Assembly: GCA_040756235.1 (NCBI GenBank)
Contig: JBFLZG010000002.1
Coordinates: 96,001-160,000, forward strand
Source of the DNA: a bacterium
Lineage (GTDB): Bacteria; Desulfobacterota; DSWW01
Reading direction: 5' to 3'
DNA length: 64,000 nt
Below are positions 20,316-29,421 of this stretch, in pieces (within the stretch, counting starts at the first letter, position 1; each line of letters starts with the position of its first letter). The position numbers and the translations under genes were made by a program. The notes beneath the pieces were generated by a model. It saw nothing but the letters and a program-made list of their open reading frames with translations, did not search any database and had not been told where the DNA came from.

Positions 20316-20843
20316 ATGAAGGGGATTCTTACGGGCATGGCAGTGCTGCTGCTTCTTGCAGGCGACGGATATGCAACCGGGGAACGGCGCCCGGGCGGCC
20401 AGGCGCGGGAGGAACCGCTCAGGATCTGCCAGAATCTCATGGACCTCAAGGTGCCCGGGTCTCGTGCGGACGCCGAGATGGATCTTCCGCCTCTGGAGAG
20501 GCCGGCAGAGGAGGCGAAGGGTGAAGAAGAGCAGGCCGTGTCCGCCGATCATGATGACCGGCAGGCCGCCCCTGAAGCACGGCAGGAAGTCCCTGCGGAC
20601 CGCAGCGGCAAACAGGGGCCCGGAGCCCCTGCAGCAGCCGCAACGGTCGGAGAGGCGCAGAAGCCTTCGTCGGGCGCCGGCCCCGCGCCATCTCCTCCCT
20701 CGGGGTCAGATGCACGCCAGGGGGCAGCGGACGGAGATTCCGCCCTGCTGCTGAAGAGCAAGACGCCCGAGAAATACCTCACCCACCACGAGGAAATCGA
20801 CAAAGACCTCATCCGCATTTACGACCGCTTCTACAAGAAGTGA
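20316..20843 (+). CDS. hypothetical exported protein with low-complexity centre
   Basis: N-terminal signal peptide (MKGILTGMAVLLLLAG), Ala/Pro/Glu-rich linker, short helical C-terminus. Confidence 0.6.
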   Translation: MKGILTGMAVLLLLAGDGYATGERRPGGQAREEPLRICQNLMDLKVPGSRADAEMDLPPLERPAEEAKGEEEQAVSADHDDRQAAPEARQEVPADRSGKQGPGAPAAAATVGEAQKPSSGAGPAPSPPSGSDARQGAADGDSALLLKSKTPEKYLTHHEEIDKDLIRIYDRFYKK

Positions 20844-20891
20844 CCCGGCCGCACCCGCTTCGAGAGTGACTCCCCTCCGCTGTCATCTTTG

Positions 20892-21094
20892 ACAGCCTGT
20901 CCAAGAATTCGGCTCTTGGGAGGCTGTTCGGAAATGTCCAGGTGCAAGGCGCACGAAATCCGGAGGCCTGTTCCGAGGAGCGCGAGCGACGAGGAAACTC
21001 CCGGTATCCCTGACCGCCGCAACAGGGCGTCGGGGGATTGCTTCGCTTCGCTCGCAACAGGCTCCGCAGATGGGCGTTTTGGTACAGGCTCTAG
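20892..21094. mobile_element. MITE-like non-autonomous repeat (copy A) with nested palindromic element
   Basis: Imperfect terminal inverted repeats AGCCTGTCCAA / TTGGTACAGGCT ending at CTAG; internal inverted repeat GCCTGTTCCGAG (20966) / CTCGCAACAGGC (21062); collinear similarity with 24225-24392. Confidence 0.6.
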
Positions 21095-21873
21095 ATATGT
21101 TCCTGGGCATAGCAGGCCAAACACCTGCCTGCACAGGAAGACCTTCTCGGAACCTTCCACAGCAGGACGGATTCCGGGCATACGCACAGACATCCCTTCC
21201 GGGCCGCCACGGGCCGTGCCTTCGCCTCGAGCGGTCGGCCCGTGACCCACTCGAAGTCGAAGCAGCTTCCGGCAGGGATCCCGTGCGTGACGAGGTCGGT
21301 GGCGCAAGTGCGGATGTCGATCCCCCTGGAAATGCCTGTCCGTAACCGCCTGCCGATTTCCGCTGCAGACAGGGGGAGCATGCGAAGACCGCGTGCCGCG
21401 AGCCGTGGCCGGATCTTGCTCGCGTACCTTGGATACGCGATCAGGGAGACGCGCACCCGACTCAGCCCTCTCTGCCCGGCCAGATCCAGGAGGGTGTCGA
21501 TCTGGTCGACGTTGGTCAACCTGCTGTCAGGTCCTTCCCAGGCTTGCAGAGGATCGATCCTGAGGCAGACCCGCTCGGCCGGGATCCTGCAGCTTCGAAG
21601 GAGACGGTCCATGGCTGCGAAAGCTTTCGAGGTCGGCTCGATCCCGGGTTCCACGGGCGTTCCGCCGAGTCCGGTGACCGTGACCTGGAGCGCCACCGGG
21701 ACTCGGGATTGTGCGAGCCTCGAGAGGAGCTCGGTCAGGACGGGATTGGACAGGAATCTGGTAGGCGAGTGGGTCCAGAGGTGGACCCCCAGGATGGGCC
21801 TCGCTCCCTGCGAGCAGGTCTCCACGAATTGCGCGAGGCACCGGGACTCTTCCTCCTCGCTGACGTCCGACAT
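21091..21873 (-). CDS. DUF1848-like protein with C-terminal Cys cluster
   Basis: LWT, Q.TVTG.G...EPG, R.DP, R.GCLC...CAGRCLACYA. The true start may lie further upstream (about 21903-21986). Confidence 0.65.
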   Translation of the reverse strand: MSDVSEEEESRCLAQFVETCSQGARPILGVHLWTHSPTRFLSNPVLTELLSRLAQSRVPVALQVTVTGLGGTPVEPGIEPTSKAFAAMDRLLRSCRIPAERVCLRIDPLQAWEGPDSRLTNVDQIDTLLDLAGQRGLSRVRVSLIAYPRYASKIRPRLAARGLRMLPLSAAEIGRRLRTGISRGIDIRTCATDLVTHGIPAGSCFDFEWVTGRPLEAKARPVAARKGCLCVCPESVLLWKVPRRSSCAGRCLACYAQEHI

Positions 21874-21983
21874 CCTCGGTCCGTCGATGACCACCGGCTT
21901 CAGCCTGCGGCCCGCGGCACCGGGGCGGAGGTCCTCGAGAGGACCGGTGTCCGTCGGGTCCTGCGCGAAGATAGGGTGGTGGG

Positions 21984-23615
21984 TCAGGGGATCCGGACGT
22001 ATCGGCGGAATTTCGCGATTTCCTCTTCGGTCCGCTCGGCGGTCCAACCGAGCCGTTCGGCCAACATCCCGGCACACCGGCGGGTGCAGGCCTCCCCAGG
22101 GTCCCCCAGGGTTCCGATGCCGGTCCTGCGAAGGAGAAGGTCGGACAGCGTGACACACATCTCCCGCTGAACGGCGTGGTGGACCTCGGCCACGATGTCC
22201 TCCTGCGTCTCGCAGATCGCTTCCCCGGCCGCGGGGTCTTCCCGCAGCACGGGGAACAGCTCCGTGTACGCGCTTCCGTAAGTCCGCACGAGGTGCTCGC
22301 AGGTCGAGGCACGGAGGCCGAAAGGAGCTTTCCGTACGGCTTCCTCGATCGCCTCCGGCAGACTGGCCAGCTCGCCGCCGTGAACCGGTCTCGCGTGCGT
22401 ACGGCAAGGCGCAGGGGGCCGTTGCAGCCTCTTCAAGATCAGCGTGACGACCTTTTCGGCGAGATGTCGGCTCGTCGTGTACTTCCCTCCGATCACGGTC
22501 GTCATCCCCTTGAGACCTTCCTCGGCCTCGTGATCGTGGATCTCGTACTTGCGGGAGGCCTCGTAAACGCTCTGCGTGTCCTGATCGACGATGGGACGAA
22601 GTCCTGCATAGCAGTGGCGGACGTCGTTGTAGGTCAGGCCGGCCGCCGGCATGCACTCGTTCAAGTCGGCCAGGAAGGACTCGATGTCGGAGCGCGCGAC
22701 CGAAACGTCGTTCGGGTCGCCGACGTACTCGGTGTCGGTCGTGCCGAGCAGGGACTGTCCCCGCCACGGCAAGACGAAGATATGCCGTCCCTTGGCGGTG
22801 ATGAGGGCGATGGCGTGCTTGTAGGAGACGGGTCTCGTGATCACGTGGATTCCCTTGGATCTCCTCACTTTCCGCTGGTGCACGCCCTTGCACATGCTCA
22901 GGATGTGGTCGGCCCAGGGACCGGTCACGTTGGCCGTCATGCGGGCCCGCAGGTCGTGCTCCTCTCCGGTGAGCCGATCCCGGACTCGAGCGCCCTCGAT
23001 GCGGTCGTCCGTGCGCAACAGGTCGATCACTTCCGCATAATTGGCCACCCGGGCGCCCTTGCGGGCTGCCGAGCGGATGAATTCGAGACAGAGGCGTTCC
23101 GGGTTGACGTCCTGGCAGTCGTAGTACAGATAGGCCCCCGTTAGACCGTCGGGATGGATGTTCGGCTCGTCCCGCAGCACGCGATCCGGCTTGAGAAACC
23201 GGTGTCGGGGTATGCGCTTGTCTTGCGGAAGCCCCCACGACTTGTCGAACGAGAGCGCGTCGTAGAGCATCATGCCCGACATGAGCAGAAAGCGATTGTT
23301 GGCGGCGCCGCGGTAAACGGGGACGAGGAAGGGGATAGGAAGGACGGCGTGCGGCGCGATTCGGGACAGAATCCTCCGTTCCCGGAGAGACTCGCGCACG
23401 AGGCCGAATTCCCGATTCTTCAGGTAGCGCAGTCCTCCGTGAATGAGCTTGGAGGTGGCCGAGGTGGTGGCGGACCCGAAATCCCCCTTGTCCAGCAGAG
23501 CTACCCGAAGCCCCCGCAGCGCGGCGTCCCACGACAGGCAGGCGCCCGTGATGCCTCCCCCGATGATGAGGAGGTCGTGCTGTTCCTGAGACATGAGGTG
23601 CAAGTCTCGTTGCAT
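21984..23615 (-). CDS. glpD: FAD-dependent glycerol-3-phosphate dehydrogenase/oxidase
   Basis: DLLIIGGGITG, DF.SATTSATSKLIHGGLRYL, GPWAD, GTTD, AGLRP, GGKYTT. Confidence 0.85.
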   Translation of the reverse strand: MQRDLHLMSQEQHDLLIIGGGITGACLSWDAALRGLRVALLDKGDFGSATTSATSKLIHGGLRYLKNREFGLVRESLRERRILSRIAPHAVLPIPFLVPVYRGAANNRFLLMSGMMLYDALSFDKSWGLPQDKRIPRHRFLKPDRVLRDEPNIHPDGLTGAYLYYDCQDVNPERLCLEFIRSAARKGARVANYAEVIDLLRTDDRIEGARVRDRLTGEEHDLRARMTANVTGPWADHILSMCKGVHQRKVRRSKGIHVITRPVSYKHAIALITAKGRHIFVLPWRGQSLLGTTDTEYVGDPNDVSVARSDIESFLADLNECMPAAGLTYNDVRHCYAGLRPIVDQDTQSVYEASRKYEIHDHEAEEGLKGMTTVIGGKYTTSRHLAEKVVTLILKRLQRPPAPCRTHARPVHGGELASLPEAIEEAVRKAPFGLRASTCEHLVRTYGSAYTELFPVLREDPAAGEAICETQEDIVAEVHHAVQREMCVTLSDLLLRRTGIGTLGDPGEACTRRCAGMLAERLGWTAERTEEEIAKFRRYVRIP

Positions 23616-23643
23616 GCGCGGCACTCCGGTCGTTCCGGACGCT

Positions 23644-24054
23644 TCACGACGGTTCGAGGGACGAGAGGGGATAGCCTCGGATCGCCTCCAGGAGGCGTTC
23701 GAGCTGGAAGGGTTTCTGGATGAGTCTGTAGTGAGGATGGCTTTCCAACTCCTCCTGCAGCCGCTTTTCCGTATCGGATTCGTCGAGCCAGGCGCTCAGA
23801 AAGATCACCTTGATGGAGGGTCTTCTCTCCCGCAGCCGGGAGACGATGGAGAGGCCGTTCTCGACGGGCATCATGATGTCGGATATGATGAGGTCGGGAC
23901 GGAATTCGTCGAACACGGCGGAAGCGCTCTCACCGTCATCGGCCACGCGGACCTCGTAAGCATGGCCTTCCAGAAAGGTCTTGAGAAGGACTCGGATGGC
24001 GTACTCGTCGTCCACTACCAGGATGCGTCGCACGGGGTGGTCGCTCTTCTGCAT
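23644..24054 (-). CDS. single-domain response regulator (receiver)
   Basis: ILVVDDE, PDLIISDIMMP..NG, VIFLSA, KPF. Confidence 0.9.
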   Translation of the reverse strand: MQKSDHPVRRILVVDDEYAIRVLLKTFLEGHAYEVRVADDGESASAVFDEFRPDLIISDIMMPVENGLSIVSRLRERRPSIKVIFLSAWLDESDTEKRLQEELESHPHYRLIQKPFQLERLLEAIRGYPLSSLEPS

Positions 24055-24224
24055 GAATGGGGCGCCTCGCTCGGAATGGCTGCGCAAATCGCGACCGGCC
24101 GCAGAAAGTCGTTACGAGCCTCTCCCGCATGGATAACCAAATCAGATATAAGAATTCGGACCTGCTTGTCAACGTTTTGTCCGTTCGACGCCGAGCCGCC
24201 GGCCGGCCGCAGCCGTCGGCCCGG

Positions 24225-24392
24225 CAGCCGGTCCACGAGATCCATGATATGGAGGCCGTTCAGAAAGGTTCCGGACGCAAGGCGCGCGAAGTCTCAAGGA
24301 GCGAGGCGTACTCACGCACGCCGCAGGGCTGCACGGGGATGGCTTCGCTGCGCTCGCGACAGGCTCCGCAGACGGGCCTTTTTCAACGGTCT
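24225..24392. mobile_element. MITE-like non-autonomous repeat (copy B)
   Basis: Inverted ends AGGCCGTTCAGAAAGG / CCTTTTTCAACGGTCT; shares GCAAGGCGC.CGAA and GGGGAT.GCTTCGCT.CGCTCGC.ACAGGCTCCGCAGA.GGGC with copy A. Confidence 0.6.
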
Positions 24393-24439
24393 GCTCGGAT
24401 CGGACGTGATTCCCGGTTACACGGAAGGGAAGGAACCTC

Positions 24440-26101
24440 ATGAGCCGCAAGAAACGGATCGCGCGCGAAGAGCAGCCGCGGACGGGAGAGAAGAGACGAT
24501 CGAGGAGGGTGGAACGGATCGGGGCTCTTCTGGAGTCCTACGCGTCCGGAGAAGAGTCCGTCGAGCAAGCCCGCGCAAGACTCCTCCCCGTCGAGGAGCC
24601 GCAGACTCTGCTGGCGTGCGTGGACGCGCTCCTGCGGGAAGAACGTCCGGAGCGGGGCAGGTTGAGGATCCTGGAGCTGGCCGCGTCCGTCTTGGGTGGC
24701 GGCGCAGGGCCTTTTCTGAGGGCCATCTCGGTCGACGGCCGGACGAGTCTTGCGGAGAAAAGGAAGGCGGTGGAGCTGCTGGGGGCAGTGGGTGAGGCGG
24801 CGGACCGCGAGATTTCGGAGGGGCTGGACGCGGCGTTCGATCTCGTGGAGCGCGCCTCTCGCTCCCGGCCCGAGGACGGCGTGGAGGCGAGCCGAGGCGC
24901 TCCTTCTCCCGACCTTTCGACGCGCTGGATGGAGCTTCCGGAGATCCTGCGGATTGCCGTTGCCGGGGAGTTGCTCGCGCGGAGTCCGTCTGACGCGCTG
25001 TCCCTGCTCAGGCAATCACTGGAGAGAACCGGCGCATTGCCGGAAGGGATGCTCCGTCTGTTGGCCGAGACCGGCGACGAGGAGGCAGCCCGAGTCCTGC
25101 TCGCCTGGCACGAGCGCACGGGCAGCAAGAGCATCCGCAAGGAGATCAAACGGACGATGCACAAGCGCAGGGCCCGAGGCTTACCGGTGCTCGAGCCGGA
25201 GGAGACGGAACCCGGCGAGCCGATCTGGAAGCCGCCCGTCCCGTCCCGGCCGATCGGGCTGCTGTCCATGCCCGATGCTTCGGGGTCCCGTATGATCTGC
25301 GTCCTGCGGCAGCAGATTCCGAGAGGAATTCTGGCTTTCACAGCCTGGGTCAACGATCTCGAAGGGCTCAAGGAGATCGGGCTGCGGGAGCTTTCGAGGA
25401 GGGAGAGTGAAGCTTACAGAAAGAGCCTGCTCGAAGCGGATGCGCTCATGGTCGTCGAGACGGACGCGGGCCATTGCGCCTACAGGATCGAGGAGGCCTA
25501 TCAGAAAGGCGGCCCTGCGAGCGCGGAACAGAAGGACTTGTACAGGCAATTCCGAGGGCTTCTGAGAGAGTTGATCCCCGCCGAAGGCGCCGTCTTGCCC
25601 ATTCGCTCTGTCTGGCACGAGAGCTCGGGTGAGGAGGCCGGGAGCCTGGCGGATCCGTTCCGCGAAGGGGCCCAGCTGCTGGGCCAGGGCCCCTTGGCGG
25701 AGTGGCGCATCGAGACCCGGCGGATGGCGCCTTTCCTGACTCCACTGGAGGAGATCCAGGAGAGCCGGATCATCGTCCATCCTCTGCAGCGGCAGGAACG
25801 GATCGCCTCCTTCCATCAGGAGACGGCAAGGACCGTGTTTGCGGACCCCGGCTATCGCGAAGCCTGGAAGGGAAGGATCGAGGACGCGGCGTGGATCTTG
25901 TACAAGAAAGGGGAGGAGCCGGAAGCGAAGCGGCTGTACCTGATCGGCCGGTATCTGGAGAACCCCGAGAACGACCCGGCCAGGGTCCCCCTGCTCGTGC
26001 ATCTGGTTCGAAAAACGCTGGAAGGAATGCTCGGCGACAGGAAGAAGAAGGAGGCGAGCCAGCCTTCTCTCATCGTCAAGCCGGGCACGCGTCCTCGCTA
26101 G
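24440..26101 (+). CDS. hypothetical protein, helical (HEAT-like) N-terminal half
   Basis: 553-aa ORF with typical codon usage and an AAGGA RBS; no catalytic motif recognised. Confidence 0.75.
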   Translation: MSRKKRIAREEQPRTGEKRRSRRVERIGALLESYASGEESVEQARARLLPVEEPQTLLACVDALLREERPERGRLRILELAASVLGGGAGPFLRAISVDGRTSLAEKRKAVELLGAVGEAADREISEGLDAAFDLVERASRSRPEDGVEASRGAPSPDLSTRWMELPEILRIAVAGELLARSPSDALSLLRQSLERTGALPEGMLRLLAETGDEEAARVLLAWHERTGSKSIRKEIKRTMHKRRARGLPVLEPEETEPGEPIWKPPVPSRPIGLLSMPDASGSRMICVLRQQIPRGILAFTAWVNDLEGLKEIGLRELSRRESEAYRKSLLEADALMVVETDAGHCAYRIEEAYQKGGPASAEQKDLYRQFRGLLRELIPAEGAVLPIRSVWHESSGEEAGSLADPFREGAQLLGQGPLAEWRIETRRMAPFLTPLEEIQESRIIVHPLQRQERIASFHQETARTVFADPGYREAWKGRIEDAAWILYKKGEEPEAKRLYLIGRYLENPENDPARVPLLVHLVRKTLEGMLGDRKKKEASQPSLIVKPGTRPR

Positions 26102-26197
26102 GAGGGGCGGCCGGCCGGTCGCCCCCCCTGGATGCTGTCCCGAAACGCCCCCGGCCGGTGTCCCCCTACACCTTTCACCTTCCGGGGGGCTCGGCGG

Positions 26198-26416
26198 CTA
26201 AGAGGAAGAGGTTTCCGCCTTGCCCTTCTTCCGGGCCGCAGTCCTTGCCTCGGCCGCCTTCATTTTTCTGAGCTTGCGCTGCGTCCGCTTCAGTCTCTTG
26301 CGCATGTGGCGCACCCTCTCGGGCGCGGTCGGAGCGGGCTCGGTGCCCTCTGCCGGGGGCTGGAGCTTCTTTTTCAGATCCTGGATGCGTTTTTCCAGAT
26401 CGCCTGCTTTCGGCAT
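26198..26416 (-). CDS. small basic coiled-coil hypothetical protein
   Basis: AGGAGAGG RBS; Lys/Arg-rich 72 aa. Confidence 0.6.
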   Translation of the reverse strand: MPKAGDLEKRIQDLKKKLQPPAEGTEPAPTAPERVRHMRKRLKRTQRKLRKMKAAEARTAARKKGKAETSSS

Positions 26417-26479
26417 TCTCTTTCACCTCTCCTGAATCACGGGCGCTCAGCCGGTTTCGCCGAGGGAGAAGAATCCGAT

Positions 26480-26803
26480 TTACTCCGCCCGGCTGGGCCC
26501 ACTTGTCGGCTTCTCCAGACGCAACACCTTCTCCCTCAGCAGGGGCGGGACATAGACGCCCTCGAGATCGAGCTTTTCCAGCTCCCGGGCCAGAACCTCA
26601 ATCTTTTCCCAGGCTTCCTTCTTGCGGTCGATGAACACCTGCGTTTCTCCTTTGACCCGGCAGCCTCCGTCCTGGATCCGGAATTCAAAGGCCTTCAACT
26701 CGTCGTAGCGGACTCGGACCGACAGCTTTTCCGCAAGCTCCTCCAGAGCCTTGAGGATCTGCTCGCTCTTCAGACTGTCCTTGCGGGCGGTCGCACGCTT
26801 CAT
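26480..26803 (-). CDS. hypothetical protein
   Basis: 107-aa ORF (LEELAEKL.VRVRY...GG.CRVKG...FID...LAREL...YVPP). Confidence 0.7.
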   Translation of the reverse strand: MKRATARKDSLKSEQILKALEELAEKLSVRVRYDELKAFEFRIQDGGCRVKGETQVFIDRKKEAWEKIEVLARELEKLDLEGVYVPPLLREKVLRLEKPTSGPSRAE

Positions 26804-27020
26804 CGCGTCCTCGCTTCGTCAATCGATGGAAATTCCGTGGAATGGATTATGGAAGGGAGGAGCCAAATGGTCAAGGGGCGGCGGGATCGCGAGGGCCGGG
26901 TGGGGTCCCCCCCGAGAGGGGCGCCGAACGAAAAACGGCCACCGGGTGCGCTTGATGCGCTTGATTTCGGCAAAGGCACGACGGACAATAGGACTGTATC
27001 CATTGGGGAGTCGGTGCCGG

Positions 27021-27455
27021 ATGAAGACCAAGGAGCTGGCGCGGGGCGACAGAGACCGCGCCATGGAAGAGATCGAAGAGCTGTACGGGCGCATGTTCCT
27101 GAACGGCAAGGGTGCCGGGAAATGCGTCTTCTCGATCAAGCCTGAGGTCAAGTCCCGCCTGCACAAGCGAATCCTCTCGGAAATCGAGCACCTTCGGGAA
27201 ACGCAGCGGGTCAAGCAGTTCGGCTCCTGGGATTACCGCGAGATCGACTGCAGAATCCGCAGGCGCCTGCTCAAGGAGATTCAAATCATCATCGATGCCT
27301 ACGTGGTGGCCCGCGAGGAAGAGCGCCTCGAGGAATGGGAAGCCATGTACGGAGACATCGAGCACTACAAACGAGACTTCTTCTACTTCCGCATGGACCC
27401 TGATTACGAGGTCCTCAGGAAGGTCCTTAGCGACTATCGTCTCGTGGAGGATTGA
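27021..27455 (+). CDS. hypothetical protein
   Basis: GGGGAG RBS, helical charged 144-aa ORF with strong GC3 bias. Confidence 0.65.
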   Translation: MKTKELARGDRDRAMEEIEELYGRMFLNGKGAGKCVFSIKPEVKSRLHKRILSEIEHLRETQRVKQFGSWDYREIDCRIRRRLLKEIQIIIDAYVVAREEERLEEWEAMYGDIEHYKRDFFYFRMDPDYEVLRKVLSDYRLVED

Positions 27456-28446
27456 GGAGCCGTTCGGCGGCCTCCAGGACTTCCGCGGTCGCAGGACCCG
27501 CCGCATCCCCCTCCGTATAACTCCAGTCGACGCCTGCCGCCCGCCCGATGGGAGCCCCGCAGGCGCTCCCGCTGAGGATGCGAACGGCCGCTCCGCGAGG
27601 ACCCCAGCGGGCGGGATCGGTGGGGCCGAACAGGGCGACTACCGGAACGCCCAGACAGGATGCGAGATGGGTGACCCCGGAATCGTTCCCGATATAAAGT
27701 CTTGCCCCTGAGAGCATCCGGGCCAGCTCGACGATCGGCGGATCCTCCACGACCACCAGACCCGGCGACTGCAGCTCCCGCCAGAACGCCTCGCTCCCTC
27801 TCTCGGCCGGCCCCAGGACGACGCGGGCCTCGAGGCCCCAGCGCGGCCGCGCCAGGCTGGCGAGCGCTGCGAAACCCTGCCGGCTCCAGTTCTTCCGTGG
27901 CGACCCGCTCCCGGGATGCAGACAGAGGTAGGATGCGCTTCCGAGGGGAACGCCTCCGGGCTTGCCGGGGCCGGGTCCGCCTGCTGGCAGGCGAAGCCGA
28001 AAAGGCTCCCGCGGGATCGCCCGGAGACCTGTCGCGCGCAGAGAGGAAAGGAAATACTCCCTGATGTGGCCCTGGAATCGCTCGTAGCGGAACAGCGGGA
28101 AGACGTGGATCTCGCCGTCGCAGGCGCTCTCGAGGGCCCTTTCCCACCGGCCCTCCCGATCGCCGAACCAGGACAGGATGAAGTCGAAGGAGGCGAGGAA
28201 TCGGGCCAGGGAATGCGCTTCCGGCAGCTCTCTTTGAAAGGCAGCGGCCAGGGGCAGATCTTCCTGGGAGTGGATGCGGTCCACCAGAGCGCTCGCCGCC
28301 ACAAGGGGAAGCCAGGAAGGGTTGCCTACCAACTCGATGCGCGCGGCCGGGTAGCTCTCGCGCAGCAGGGAAAGAGCAGGCAGGGCGTTGACGAAATCGC
28401 CGAGCGCGCCCGCAAGAAAGACACAGATCGCCCGCGGGTCTTTCAT
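27427..28446 (-). CDS. glycosyltransferase family 9 (heptosyltransferase-like)
   Basis: GALGD, LHPGSG..RKNW, IGNDSG..HLA...G.P.VALFGPT.P..WGP. Confidence 0.88.
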   Translation of the reverse strand: MKDPRAICVFLAGALGDFVNALPALSLLRESYPAARIELVGNPSWLPLVAASALVDRIHSQEDLPLAAAFQRELPEAHSLARFLASFDFILSWFGDREGRWERALESACDGEIHVFPLFRYERFQGHIREYFLSSLRATGLRAIPREPFRLRLPAGGPGPGKPGGVPLGSASYLCLHPGSGSPRKNWSRQGFAALASLARPRWGLEARVVLGPAERGSEAFWRELQSPGLVVVEDPPIVELARMLSGARLYIGNDSGVTHLASCLGVPVVALFGPTDPARWGPRGAAVRILSGSACGAPIGRAAGVDWSYTEGDAAGPATAEVLEAAERLLNPPRDDSR

Positions 28447-29156
28447 GCCGGACCCGGAACGCCGGCCCCGAACAGCAGGGAGCGGAGCTCGTGGATGCCT
28501 TGTACGACGTGATCGGCACCCTCCAGAAATCGCGCGGGGAGAGAGGTGGCCAGGGCGACGCACCGGAGTCCGGCTGCCTTGGCGGATTGAATGCCGTAGG
28601 GGGCATTCTCGATGACCATGGAAGCTTCTCGGGCGGTGCCGAGCCCCTGGAGCGCGACCCGGTAAGGCTCCGCATCCGGCTTGCCCTTCTGCACCCTGTC
28701 CCCGGTGACGACGACGTCGAAGCACCGCACGAGGTCCCGGGGCAGATTGGTCTCCACTTCGGATGCGGAAGTCCCGGTCACCAGGGCGAGCCGCTTGTCG
28801 GCGGCACGGAGATCGAAGACCAGCTCCTGCGCTCCGGGGAAGAGCTTGGGGAACGACAGGGAACGGAAGATCTGCTCCTTGCGCGACAGGATCTCCAGGA
28901 GGACTCCCTCGGGAAGCTCGCGGCCGCGCTCGGCCAGCAGACTCCGGAGCGTGAAGAGGCCCTTTTCGCCTTCTCTCCTCAGGATCGCATCCCGGCTCAC
29001 GGTGATCCCGAGGTCAACCAGGACGCGCCTCCAGGCCTCGAAGTGCCACGGCATGCTGTCGGTCAGCACCCCGTCCATGTCGAACAGGAAGGCGTCGCAA
29101 CGGTCGACGAGCCTTTCCATCCTTCGACTGACCTTGCCGCATGTCGATGGGTCCAT
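28443..29156 (-). CDS. HAD-family phosphatase (beta-phosphoglucomutase-like)
   Basis: FDMDGVLTDSM, LALVTG, KGKP..EPY, VIENAPYGI.SA; overlaps the GT9 start by 4 nt. Confidence 0.88.
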   Translation of the reverse strand: MDPSTCGKVSRRMERLVDRCDAFLFDMDGVLTDSMPWHFEAWRRVLVDLGITVSRDAILRREGEKGLFTLRSLLAERGRELPEGVLLEILSRKEQIFRSLSFPKLFPGAQELVFDLRAADKRLALVTGTSASEVETNLPRDLVRCFDVVVTGDRVQKGKPDAEPYRVALQGLGTAREASMVIENAPYGIQSAKAAGLRCVALATSLPARFLEGADHVVQGIHELRSLLFGAGVPGPA

Positions 29157-29421
29157 GGCCGTGTGCTTCCACTTGAAAATGAGCCGGCCCCCCAAGTCGC
29201 GCCGGCAGACGCGCACTGCCTCAGCAGCGGCGATGGTGACAGGACGGCTGCGCCGCACATCTTGCCGTCTCCGCCGCCTGCTGCAGGCAGAAGCCGGCTC
29301 GAACCAGCAAGTTATAACAACTCGCCTTGCCTCGGCAAATGCACTTGGGTAGAGTGATGGAGGCCGGAGGCGCCCCCGGGGGCGGCGTGGCATGTCCAGG
29401 GGAACAGGAGGAGATGCGGTT

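Noticed and set aside
21874..23532. 813-aa minus-strand ORF as one giant protein
   Set aside because: The upstream part is an off-frame shadow of glpD; only the C-terminal roughly 260-300 aa look like a real protein.
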